Origin: Octopus sinensis
Taxonomy: Eukaryota
Direction: 5' to 3'
Assembly (NCBI RefSeq): GCF_006345805.1
Contig: NW_021833841.1
Span: 1 to 55,119, forward strand
Length of the DNA stretch: 55,119 nt
The notes beneath the pieces are model-generated. The model was given only the letters and a program-made list of their open reading frames with translations. It was not told the origin of the DNA and made no database searches. The position numbers and the translations under genes were made by a program. Below are positions 24,561-37,300 of the stretch, piece by piece (the stretch's first letter is position 1; each line of letters opens with the position of its first letter).

Positions 24561-27500
24561 ATGGCAAATCTTAGAATCGGTTGTTTGAATGTGAGAGGCC
24601 TCGGGTCACCTTGGAAACAGGGTCACCTGTTAAACGACCTGAGGTTTCATGATGTGGATGTAGCAGCCATCAGTGAAACCAGGCTCTCCGACCCGCAGGA
24701 ACTCGCAGCCCTTTTCGGCGGATACGAGATATTTCTATCTCCGTGTCGGCCGGGAGCGGGCGGTGGTGGTACTGCGGTGTTGTTTCGGAAGGGCCTGGAC
24801 CTGAAAATAAGGACAGTCTTCTTGGATCCGGAAGGTAAGTTGGTGGTCCTCGACGTGGACGGTAGTGACGGCGGTGCTTTCAGACTGCTGGCTGCCTACG
24901 CTCCGACAGGAGCAGGGCAGTCGGATTATTTCAAACGTCTGGAAGTTTTCCTGGGAACGTCACGCACTCTAGTACTAGTTGGGGATTGGAACGCTGTCTT
25001 AGACGAACGTTTCGATCGGGTGGGCAGGGGAGCGTCTGATAGGAGAGGGGGAGGTTGCAAGAGCCTCGCCAACCTACTCGGCCGCTTTCAGCTGTCCGAC
25101 AGGTTTCGACTAGACAACCCGAATGTGCCAATGTGGACTTGGACAAACGCATCGGGTCGTCTAGATCGTACTTAGATAGAGTGTTTTGTAGGCCAGCGGA
25201 TAAGGACAGCGTAGGGTGTCCACAATTCCACCTAGTCGAATATACGGACCACAAATTAGTGATCTGTACGGTCGACTTAGATAGGCTACATAGACAGGGA
25301 CCCGGCTACTGGAAGCTGAACGCGTCGTTAACGGCGTGCAAAGCTTACAGAGACCGGATTAGTTTACTAGTTAAGCGGGCGCTCACGGGGGCAATCATCA
25401 ACAACAACTGGTGGTTGCCCTCAAGAGAGCAATTAGAGTAGAGTCGATTAGGTATAGTAAGACTCTAGCTATTGAACGTAGGAAGAGAGAGCGGGATTTA
25501 GTTAAGAAACTAGACGAGGCTCTTGACACTGGCATCGCGACCGACGTGTTGGCGGCAAGGTTGGCCCTCGACCAACACTTCGACGCAAACACGAAGGCTG
25601 CGTTGTCAGAGCTAAGGCACGTTCGCTAAGCGGGGAGGGGACTAGAGCCGCTCGATGGGCCCGCGTGGCGGAGGCGAGGCGAAGCGAGGCAACAGAGGCA
25701 ACCATTCGGTCTTTGGTGGACCAGAACGGGCGCGAGGTTACCCAACCGAAGCAGATGTGTACGGTGCTTCAGCGGCACTTTGCTCAACTGTTGGGTAGGA
25801 CGAGCGGTGGAACGGACACCAACGGTACAGACTTCGGTGTGTACCTGGACGGACTGCCGCAACTCTCGGACAGCGAGGCAGAGTGCTGCGAAGGACCGAT
25901 ATCTGCCTGGGAAGTACAGGAAGCGATGAAGAGTTGCAGAGAGAGGTAGATCGCCGGGTTTGGATGGTCTGCCCTACGAGCTTTACTTTTCAATGCCAGA
26001 CTTGTTTGCGGACCTATTGGCAAACGTCTACTGCAACTGGCAGCAAAACGGGAGAATTCCTGCTTTTGTCTGTCGAGGGGTGGTGGCTTTGCTAAAGAAG
26101 GACCCAAACAAGGGGGACGTTATAGGGAATTTCCGGCCCATCACTCTGCTCAATGCAGAGTTGAAGATTTTGGCCAAGGTGCTAGCCAAGAGATTGGCGC
26201 TTGTCGTGGACAAGCTGGTCGGCGGGACGCAGACATGCGCCGTGCCGACCAGGTCGATACACGACAACCTCCATCTCATGCGCTACATCATAGAGAGGGT
26301 GGGTAACGACGCTGGCGCGGGTGGGGCTTTGATCAACTTGGATCAGAGTAAAGCCTTCGATAGGGTCGACCATCGGTACCTGGCAGCTGTCCTCAAGGCA
26401 GCCGGCTTCGGTCCAGTCTTCCGCGGGTGGATCGCTGCTTTATACAGCAACATCTGCTCGGTGATACGGGTGAACGGTCACCTTTCGGAACCGTTCGACA
26501 TCTCGCGTTCGGTCCGCCAAGGATGCCCTCTCTCTCCCTCTTGTACATTTTGACTCTCGAGCCATTACTGCGCAAGTTGGAGGCTTTGAGGGGCATCCCG
26601 CGCGATCTAGGAGGCGGAAACAGCGTGTCTGCTTATGCCGACGACGTCACCGTGGTGGTGTCGAGCCACAGGCACATTGGCCTGATTGGCGAGACGCTAA
26701 ACCAGTACGAAGCGGTGACAGGGGCAAAGATTAACGCGGAAAAGTCTGTGGGCTTGCAACTGGGCACCTGGAGAGGCAAGCCCATGCCGTCCAACAGCGT
26801 CGTAGGGCGCTGGACAGACGGACCCGTTAAACTGCTCGGGGTCTGGTTCGGTCCGGACTCCAGGTGGATAAGAACTGGGAAGAGGTGACGAGCAGGGTGG
26901 CACTGGCACGTCTCACCAGAAATGGGCCGAGAGGAAGCTGTCCCTGAAAGGTCGAGCGGAGGTGGCGAATGCGTACATCGCATCCATCATTATTACCGCT
27001 TGACCGTCGTCCCTTGTCCCGACCGCTGGTTGGCCAAGCTGGTACGCCTGCTCTTCGACTTTTTGTGGAAGGGTCAGGTGCCACTGGTCAGGCGATCCAT
27101 CTGCTGTCAACGACCGCTGAACGGAGGCCTTGGAATGCCGTGGTTGCTGTTGCGCAGACATGCGCTCAGGCTGCGGCATCTCAAGCGCTTCCTAGACGGT
27201 GGAACAGGTGTGGTCGTCTTTTGTCAGACGCGATTTTCCGCAGCTCGTCTCTTTGACGGAGCTGCAGACCTGGATCAAACGTAGACCGAGAAAGGGCGCT
27301 TGGCACCTCGAGTGCCGTCAAGCCCTCTCCGCCCTCCGTCAGGCGGGCAATGCGGTCGGTTACAGCTCCACTCTAGCGTTCTATAGAGGGTTAGTGGAGG
27401 AAAAATGCGACGACGTTCTCGGGGAAACTCTAGGCGTTGAAGACGACGAACTGAGCGGTCTGTTCGGGAGGACTTTCGGGCCGGGGCCGATGGATAATTT

Positions 27501-28001
27501 CCAGAGGTCTCTCGCCTGGCAGTGCTACCGAGGGGCTCTGCCTGTTCGAGATAAACTCTACCGGCACGGAAGTGCCGTCAGCCGGGCCTGCCCGAGGTGT
27601 TGCCAGGACGACGAAACCGTTCTGCACGCACTCGTCCAGTGCCCGAGTATTGCTGAAATATGGGTTTATGTCGAACAGCTACTGTCACGTGTAGGACGGA
27701 TCCGACTATCGGCCGAATCCATAGTGAAGATTGCCCCGCCGACCTCCTTTAACAAGGGGGCGAGGCCGTTTTCTTGTGCTTGTGGCTGTGGCGAAAGAAG
27801 TCGTGTGGTGGACTCGTTTGAAAGGGCTAAAGTCAGACACTTTCCTCTTTGGTCAAGGCCTCATCAACTTTTACAAGTTTCACTTGAAAAGGAAGATGAG
27901 GTTAGAGAGGAAAGTGCTGTCCGATAGCAGTTTATGAAAGGTGGGTGAATTGTGCGAGACTGGCCTGTATAAATGGACCAGTTCTCAGGTTTCGCCTGTG
28001 A
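24561..28001 (+). pseudogene. Tx1 ORF2: APE endonuclease + reverse transcriptase + C-terminal zinc finger, frameshifted
   Basis: LNVRGL, ISET, GDWN, YLDRV and TDH (APE); DGLPYELY, FRPITLLN, DQSKAFDRVDH, RQGCPLSP and YADD (RT); GGLGMP; CPRC..ETVLHALVQC. Confidence 0.95.
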
Positions 28002-28329
28002 TTTCAAAGAAAAAGGTAATGTAAAAGGAGAAGAAAGGGGACTCTACACACCCCTTTTTTTTGACCAGGCTCCCGTTGGCTTTTGTAGGGTTTTTTCCAC
28101 CGGGAACATTTCGAGACGTCTCCCCATTTGGGAGTTTTTCATTGTTTTTAATAATCATTGCTTTAAAGTTTTTTTACACGGATTTTTTTAACAAACGGAC
28201 AAAACCCTTTGTAACCTTCGCCTGTCTTGTCCCTTTATGTAATCATGCGTGTCAGCCCTTGTGCCAATAAAAAAATTGATTATTATATTATTATTATTAT
28301 TATATTATTATTATTATTATATTATGATT

Positions 28330-28468
28330 ATTATTATTCAGTAGTCTTAATTTTAATCATGTGTTTTCAGCACACTACCGAGCGCTGCTCTGTGTGCTAT
28401 GGGTATGTGCTGTGATTTGTTGTGATGCTCTTATTTTTACTGTATTGAAAGTGCTTTACGTAGGATGT

Positions 28469-28470
<2 letters not shown>
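28330..28470 (-). mobile_element. Short 3' end of the same R4/Dong-like family as 16438-17148
   Basis: Aligns with 16432-16570; (ATT)n on both sides. Confidence 0.8.
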
Positions 28471-28526
<56 letters not shown>

Positions 28527-28652
28527 AAATTTTTTTTATTCCCGATACAGAATATTGGATCTAACGAAAAGGAGAAATTTTGATATTTATGTCTGTCTGT
28601 ATGTATGCTTTATATGAATTTAAACGTTTATTTAATAGATAGTGGGATATAT

Positions 28653-28730
<78 letters not shown>

Positions 28731-30389
28731 GTTATATATTATAATATGGCGTCAGATAGAAAGAAAGAAAGAAAGAAGGAAGAAAAAAGAAGGGAGAGAG
28801 AAGAGAGTTAGATAGGAAGATAAGGAATCGGGGAGACAGAGAGAGGGAGAAACAAAAAGCGAATAAGAATGAAATACAAAAAGAAATATCTAGAAAAATA
28901 TAAAGTTAGGAGGACATGCCTAATTGAAGAATTAGCCGAGATGAGAAGGATCGAACACATTCTACGATAGTTTCACTTAAAAGCAAAAAGGATACTCGTT
29001 TCCGGTCCAACATGTTTGGTTATCGGAAACACCAACATGGCGAGCAATAACATTCGCTGCTGCACCGGAAGCCACCTCTATTGGGCAATTCATCACTGGG
29101 AAATAGGGTGAAATGAAGGCTGTTGAGATAAGATGGGGAATCAAAAGCATAAAATAGTTTTGTCAGCCTCTTAGTCTTTCTACCTCTCTTTCCTTCTCTC
29201 ACCTCTCTTTGCGAATCTCTCGTTCTTTCGTTCTTTCTCTCTTTCTCTCTTTTTTAAATGCAATTGCTTTCCGCATTATTATATCAATGTATATTTGTAT
29301 ATGTGTATGAACGTGTGCGCATGCATGTCTATATAGATGTGTATACATTTATATGTATTTGCATGCATGTGCATGTATATATATACACACATACATGCCT
29401 ATATATATATATAACGTATGTATATATATATATACATATACATATGTATACATACATATATATATATATGTGTGTGTGTGTTTGTGTGTGTGTCTGTACG
29501 TACGTATGTATGTATGTATGTATATATGTATATGCATGTATGTTCATGTGTGTGGATATATATGTAGCTGTGTATATACCAGTGTAATGTAGATTTTCGT
29601 GACAAAGCGGCATAGACATAATTTGCATAAGAATCATACGTGTGTCTGTATACATGCGTGCGTGTGCGCATACATGTGTGTGTGTGTGTGTGTGTGCATA
29701 CATGTGTGTGTGTGTGTGTGTTAGGTCTACATATGTCTGTCTATGTGTATGTATCTATGTATGTATATGCATGTATTTACCCGCGCTTTTCTGTATGTGC
29801 TTGTGAGTCTGCGACCGTATTTTGAGGTGTGTTTGAGACTCACATATGTTCGAGAGAGTGTAATTTATTCTTGCAATATGCCTCGGAGAGTTTTAATCCA
29901 ATCATCATGAATAAACATGACACTGCTCCAACAGAGAGAGACGTGGGGGCCTAAATTTATGGATATGTGACTGCGTCGGTGAATACGTGCTTGCGCACAG
30001 ATTTGGGCGAATATAAACGAATATTTGTACAATAATTTCATGAATATAAGTAAAAGTCTGCTGTCTACACATAACGACACGCGCCTCCATAAACGCGTTC
30101 ATCTATAACTATCTATTTATGTATCTCTGTGTGTCTATGTATCAATCTGTCTATCGACTTATCTATCTGTCTCACTTTCTTCCGCGCTCTCTCTCTGTTT
30201 CTCTCTCTCTCTCTGTCTCTCTCTCTCTCTCTGTTTCTCTCTCTCTCCCTCTCTCTCTCACTGCATGTGAGTATACATATGTATGTGTGTGTGTGTGTGT
30301 GTGTTCACATAGTAGCTCTCTGCCTTTGTCTATATCTATCTACTCATCAATTTATTGCCCTATCTATTTGCTTATCCACTTATTTATCC

Positions 30390-30454
<65 letters not shown>

Positions 30455-30484
30455 TGTATATTTATATCTGTCTGTCTGCCCCCC

Positions 30485-30516
<32 letters not shown>

Positions 30517-30624
30517 CTTTCTATCTATCTATATCCATTTAACAAGTCACCCATTAATTTATCTATGTAGCTGTGAATACAATCATATACTTCTCCATGT
30601 GTGTGTGTATATATATATATATAT

Positions 30625-30656
<32 letters not shown>

Positions 30657-30662
30657 TTAGTT

Positions 30663-30720
<58 letters not shown>

Positions 30721-30740
30721 TAGAGACAATATATTATATT

Positions 30741-32609
30741 GATTGATTCTTATCCCATAAGAAATCAAAGAAGCATTCTCCAAGTTTTCCTAATATGCCA
30801 AGATCCCTTATCCTATGGCAGATGATTCCATGATCAATCTTGTCAAACGCTTTAGTAAAGTCAAGGTATATGCAGTCAGTGTCCATTCCATTCAGGAGAT
30901 TATTGAGGATAGTGCTACGGTGTTGTAATAATTATGTCAGGCAACTTTGTCCAGTCCGAAAACCATGCTGTGTATTATCTAAGAGGTTGTTTTCCTCAAG
31001 ATCCGTTGCTGCTAACGGTCATCTCTCAGCAAAGTCACCCGTAATAAGTGGTATACCTCAGGGTACGGTTCTAGGACCATTATTATTTACCATAACCCTA
31101 TCAGGCATAAGCTCACAAGTGCAACCAGCCAACCTAATGAGTTACGCTGACGACACAATATAAACGGCTATCCAAACCATCACGCTCCAAAATGACCAAA
31201 ACGTCATTTTTCAATTGGCGGATAAAAATAATATGAAATTTAATACATCAAAATTTCAGGCCCTTCATTATGGAAGGAATAGATACAAATCCCAATATTT
31301 GGCGCCAGATAATACAATGATTCAGAGCACCGCCCGCATACGGGATTTAGGAATATTCATGTCAGTTGATGCATCTTTCGTCATTTACATCACCAAACTG
31401 ACTTCTAAATGCAGACATCTCATAGGCTGGAGCCTACGAACTTTAATGACAAGAGAACTGGTAGTTATGCTAGCTTTATGGAAAACCTTAGGTCTGAGCA
31501 GCTCTGGTCTCTAAATTCACTCGGTCTCATAGAAGAAATTGAATGGTTACAAAGAACATTCACCAGCAAATGATGCATCTTTCATCTATCACATCACCAA
31601 ACTGAACTCTAAATGCAGATATCTCATAGGATGGATCCTACGAATTTTCACGGCAAGAGCACTGGTAGTTATGCTAGCTCTATGGGAAACCTTCTGAGCA
31701 GATTAGATTACTATTCACAGCTTTGGTCTCCAAATTCACCCGGTCTCATAGAAGAAATTGAAGGGTTACAAAGAACATTCACCAGTAAAATAACTTCGGT
31801 TAATTACCTTAATTACTGGGAACGCCTAACAGCCCTGCGTCTCTACTCTCTTGAACGCCGAAGAGAGAGAGAGAGATATTATCATATACGTATGGAAGAT
31901 CCTGGAGGATCGGCATTAGAGCGAATTTTAATGTTCGAACTGGCAGGTATTGTCAGCTTCCAAATATACCATCTTCAAACTCACGAACAAAACTTCTACT
32001 GTAACAAGTTAATGTTCAGGGGTCCTCAAGTAGTCAACTGCTTATCCAAAGAGATTAGAAATATAAAAGGGACCTCTACTGAAACTTTCAAAACAGCATG
32101 GGATGAACTCCTAACAAGGGAACCGGACCAACCAACCATTCAAGGATACACTCAGGGAAGAACGGCAACTACAGGAGGCGCAATGGCCCAGTGGTTAGGG
32201 CAGCGGACTCGCGGTCGGAGGATCGCGGTTTCGATCCCAGACCGGGCGTTGTGTGAGTTTATTGAGCGAAAACACCTAAAGCTCCACGAGGCTCCGGCAG
32301 CGGGTGGTGGCGACCCCTGTTGTAGTCTTTCGCCCCAACTTTCTCTCATTCTTTCTTCCTGTTTCTTGTTCCCGACTTCCTACGCAACCGCTGAGCCTGG
32401 ATGCGCATTCATCCATCCGTCGATGCTCTCGGTGTCGGGGGTTGACCTGCTTTCTCTTCTGCGGGTCTTACGAATAGTAAAGGGCCACGTTTCGGACTTC
32501 TCCCACTGGGACGAAGACCGCTTCGCTCAACAAACAAACAAACAAACAAACAGCAACTACAAACTCGATCATCGACCAACTGTCAATAATAAATCGACAA
32601 CAAAACTAA
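30741..32609 (+). mobile_element. 5'-truncated CR1-group LINE with inverted 5' segment (30741-31000 on the minus strand)
   Basis: Minus: QHGFRTGQSCLT..IYLDFTKAFDKIDH. Plus from 31001: SGIPQGTVLGPLLF..YADDT..RDLGI..IEGLQRTFT..YWERL..LYSLERRR..PDQPTIQGY..TNSIIDQ, stop near 32609. Confidence 0.88.
32174..32552 (+). mobile_element. SINE head A + tail 2 with (AAAC)n tail, inserted in the CR1 ORF2
   Basis: 9-bp TSD gcaactaca at 32165-32173 and 32553-32561; the LINE reading frame resumes after it. Confidence 0.9.
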
Positions 32610-32790
32610 AATATCTCGTTTTTGGATTTGGTTTGCAAGATTCTTTATGCGAGTTCGTGTTTTGAAGCATATTCTGTTGTTCCTGGGGAGAATCATTTTC
32701 TTTTGTGCCTTATAATTTAACACACTCACCGGTAAAATTTCCACTTATTCTTTATTTTCATTGCGTCTTGCAACCTTTTCAATAGTCTTG
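32610..32790 (-). mobile_element. Probable Penelope-like terminal-repeat fragment with damaged hammerhead-like motif
   Basis: Minus strand cta TTGAAAA g gttgc aagac gcaat GAAA at about 32754-32787. Confidence 0.4.
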
Positions 32791-32969
32791 AAAACTAAAA
32801 TAAATAGATACATTTTTAAATTAAAGTAAAAAAATAATTAAGGCGGTGCTCCAGCATGTCCGCAGTCCGGCGACTGAAACCATTAAAAGAATAAAAGAAT
32901 ATATATATATATGTATATATATATGTATATCCATCCATCATCCATCCATCCATCCATCATCCATCATAC

Positions 32970-33034
<65 letters not shown>

Positions 33035-33035
<1 letters not shown>

Positions 33036-33160
33036 CGGGAAGCTTTATGAAAATAGACAAAAGACGAAGGCAGGTGGAAAACAACAAACAATTGTATTAG
33101 TATGGCGCTCAGGAAATATAAATAAAACAAGTCTTTAACGTTTCGAGCCTACGCTCTTCA
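33035..33160 (-). mobile_element. Probable Penelope-like terminal-repeat fragment (same family as 47570-47765)
   Basis: Shares gaagagcgtaggctcgaaacg..atactaatac..ccacctgcc.tcgtcttttg with 47645-47740. Confidence 0.65.
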
Positions 33161-33962
33161 TGCGTGTATGTCTATGTGTGTATATGTGTGTGTGTGTATT
33201 TGTGAGTCCTTGTGCAGATGAGTGTATTTGTAGCAGTATGTATGTGTACGTGCGCACACGAATATATGAGCCAAGGTAGGTACATTACTTTAAAACACAA
33301 ATACTCAGAGATTTAACCGCTTGGAAAAAAATTATAGACCTCCCCCCCCACTCCAAAACAGTTAAATAAAGGGATCCGGCAACACAGACATGGAGACGGA
33401 TCAACACAGAGACATTATAGACTTACAAGAACCCCCACCAAAACCACCACCATTATCACTACTGCCACCACCACCACCACCATTACAGAGGAAATATGCG
33501 TCTAAGCAAATAAAATTTAGGAAACAAAGGTTGTATATGCATCTGACATAGACACCTGGATGAATATAGTGAAATCTCTTTATCTTTATTCAGAATTCGA
33601 AGGTATTCTTTTAAAAATCCGGACACAGGAGGTCACGTTAAACAGAATAGCGGTTAATATCAGCGGATATTGATATAAGGGTATTGTATGTATAAATAAT
33701 TTTCTACAAGGACCATCTGTTGAATGGTATTTAAGCTGCATTATATTTTGGTAGCGGTGGTAGTAGTGGTGGTCATATTGGTTGTTGTTGATGTTGTTGA
33801 CTTTTGTTGTTGTTGTTATGGGCAGGAAGGAAGGAAGGAAGGAGTGGTCTCCGTAGTTTTGAATTCGAACCTCGATGAAGTCAACCTTTCAACTCTCATT
33901 TTTAACGAGGTCGTTAAAATAAAGTACCACTTGAGTATTGGAGTACGTATATCCTACCGTGT

Positions 33963-34280
33963 GAAGACGTGTGGCTTAGTGGTTAGGGTATTCGGCTCGC
34001 AATCGTAAGGTCATAAGTTCGATTCCCGGCGCCGTGTTGTCATTGAGCAAGACATTCTATTTCACGTTGCTCCAGTCTACTAATATGGCAAAAATGAGTT
34101 GTACCTGTATTTAGAAGGTGCGGCCTGATCACGTTCTCTGTCACGCTGAATCTGCCTGAGAACTACGTTATGAGCACACGTGTCTGTGGAATACTCAGTC
34201 ACTTGCACATTAATTTCGCGAGCAGGCTGATTTGTTCATTGGATCAACTGGAACACTCGTCGTCGTAACCGATGGAGTAC
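33963..34280 (+). mobile_element. SINE head B + tail 1
   Basis: Different tRNA-like head and ttgagcaagac core; from 34098 it matches the tail of 4553-4735. Confidence 0.8.
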
Positions 34281-35282
34281 TAATTAATAATATTCTACTG
34301 TACAACTTCCCACAATAAAAATTCATGTCTGTGTGTCCACGTTGGAAACTAATTCTCTAGTTATTACTCGCCTTTCTAAGCCGGCGAGCTGGCAGAATAG
34401 TTAGAGAGTCAGTCAAAATAAGTACCAGTTGAATACTGGGGTTGATGCAATCGACTAGTCCTCTCCCTCAAAATTTCAGGTTTGGGGCTTAAGGTAGATA
34501 TGATTATTATTCTTTTACCCGGTCGTTCGATCCATTAAACAGGCTGGTCATTGAACTATCTTCTAAGTGGCTGAATATTCCATAGACACTAGTGCCCTTA
34601 ATTCTCAGGCGGAATAACTGGGACGTGTGACAAAGTTGAACTGCTGAATTACATGTATAATCCATTCGATGAGTTTCCAGGAATTTCCCGCCTATCGAAT
34701 TCCAACCAAAAGTCTAGGTTGCGCCGAGGATATGGTAAAAGATACACTTCGCCAAAAGATCGAACTCAGGTTCTCGTGATTGCAAAGTAAATTTCTTAGC
34801 CATTCGGCCATGCTATGTCTATTACGTACACGTGCACAAGCACGTTCGCAGCCACTCCATACACACGCATGCACCCCCCCCACACACACACACTGACCCC
34901 CCCCCCATATATATATAAATATATACATACACGCACCTATGTATATATATGTTTCTCTATATGTTTTGTAAGATTCCCGATGTGAAATCGTGTGTTGAAA
35001 CAGATATTGTTATATTTCGGGAGGGTCGGACTAAACAGGAAGATACATGTGGGATGGAAAGTGTCTGGAGAAGTACACTTAGGAGCTAGTTCAATGACCA
35101 GCCAGTTTAATGGATCGAACAACCGGGTAATAATTCTCAAAACCGACTTAGATTTATTTGCGTCACACACACACGCACGCACACGCACGCACACGCACGC
35201 ACACGCACACACACACACACACACACACAAGCATACACACATGCATATATGCATACTTATACACTTTGCATTAATATAAAGG

Positions 35283-35510
35283 GTGAAATAAAGTGTCTGG
35301 CTCAAGAACACAACACACAGCCCGGTCCGGGAGTCGAACACCTACCTCATAATTGTAGACCCGATGCTCTAACTACTAAACGTGAAGAAGGGTGGCTGGT
35401 ATGCATGGGAGACTGCTGGTCTTTCATAGACAACCATGCCCGGACTTGTTCCTCGGAGGGTAACTTTCTAGGTGCAATCCTATAGTCATTCATGACCAAA
35501 GATGGTCTTT
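35283..35510. mobile_element. SINE head B (inverted) joined to tail 4 (forward); duplicated at 36253-36481
   Basis: Compared with the colinear copy at 45403-45735. Confidence 0.75.
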
Positions 35511-35530
35511 ATCTTTTATGCATAAATATA

Positions 35531-35915
35531 TAGGCGCAGGAGTGGTTGCGTGGTAAGTAGCTTGCTTACCAGCTACATGGTTCCGGGTTCAGTCTCACTC
35601 TGCGTGGCACCTTGGGCAGGTGACTCCTACTATAGCCTCGGTCCGACCAAGGCCTTATGAGTGGATTTGGTAGACGGAAACTGAAAGAAACCCGTCGTAT
35701 ATATGTGTGTGTGTGTGTGTGTGTGTTTGTACTCCCACCATCGCTTGACAACCGATGTTGGTGTGTTTACGTCCCCGTAACTTAACGGTTCGGCAAAAGA
35801 AACCGATGGAATAAGTACTAGGCTTAGTAAGTCCTGGGGTCGATTTGTTCGAGTAAAGGCGGTGCTCCAGCATGGCTGCAGTGAAATGACTGAAACAAAT
35901 AAAAGAATAAAAGAA
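35531..35915 (+). mobile_element. SINE group D (duplicated at 36501-36930)
   Basis: Colinear with 12496-12890. Confidence 0.85.
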
Positions 35916-35970
35916 TGTATATGTACATAGTTTCATTTATATATTCATGTGTGCACACACATACACACGC

Positions 35971-36035
<65 letters not shown>

Positions 36036-36667
36036 CTGTATACACACATATATGTATATGTACGTGTGTATACTGTATATACATATATGTGTATATGTGA
36101 GTGTATGCGCGCGCTTGGATTAAAATTTTTCAAATAACCTACACATATGTATGCATATATACATGTGTATGTGCATATATACACCCACACACACACACAC
36201 AAGCATACACACATGCATTATGCATACTTATACACTTTGCATAATATAAAGGGTGAAATAAAGTGTCTGGCTCAAGAAACACAACACACAGCCCGGTCCG
36301 GGAGTCGAACACTACCTCATAATTGTAGACCCGATGCTCTAACTACTAAACGTGAAGAAGGGTGGCTGGTATGCATGGGAGACTGCTGGTCTTTCATAGA
36401 CAACCATGCCCGGACTTGTTCCTCGGAGGGTAACTTTCTAGGTGCAATCCTATAGTCATTCATGACCAAAGATGGTCTTTATCTTTTATGCATAAATATA
36501 TAGGCGCAGGAGTGGTTGCGTGGTAAGTAGCTTGCTTACCAGCTACATGGTTCCGGGTTCAGTCTCACTCTGCGTGGCACCTTGGGCAGGTGACTCCTAC
36601 TATAGCCTCGGGCCGACCAAGGCCTTATGAGTGGATTTGGTAGACGGAAACTGAAAGAAGCCCGTCG

Positions 36668-36745
<78 letters not shown>

Positions 36746-36984
36746 TACTCCCACCATCGCTTGACAACCGATGTTGGTGTGTTTACGTCCCCGTAACTTA
36801 ACGGTTCGGCAAAAGAAACCGATGGAATAAGTACTAGGCTTAGTAAGTCCTGGGGTCGATTGTTCGAGTAAAGGCGGTGCTCCAGCATGGCTGCAGTGAA
36901 ATGACTGAAACAAATAAAAGAATAAAAGAATGTATATGTACATAGTTTCATTTATATATCATGTGTGCACACACATACACACGC

Positions 36985-37050
<66 letters not shown>

Positions 37051-37188
37051 CTGTATACACACATATATGTATATGTACGTGTGTATACTGTATATACATA
37101 TATGTGTATATGTGAGTGTATGCGCGCGCTTGGATTAAAATTTTTCAAATAACCTACACATATGTATGCATATATACATGTGTATGTG

Positions 37189-37300
<112 letters not shown>

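Larger units (their letters stand above)
22402..28275 (+). mobile_element. Near-full-length Tx1-group (L1 clade) non-LTR retrotransposon
   Basis: 5' UTR, ORF1, 39-nt spacer, ORF2, about 270-nt 3' UTR with AATAAA plus short A-tract at 28266-28275; (ATT)n on both flanks. Confidence 0.93.

Noticed and set aside
31613-32665. 350-aa ORF as a gene
   Set aside because: It is a chance read-through: CR1 ORF2 C-terminus, then an inserted SINE, then off-frame flank.
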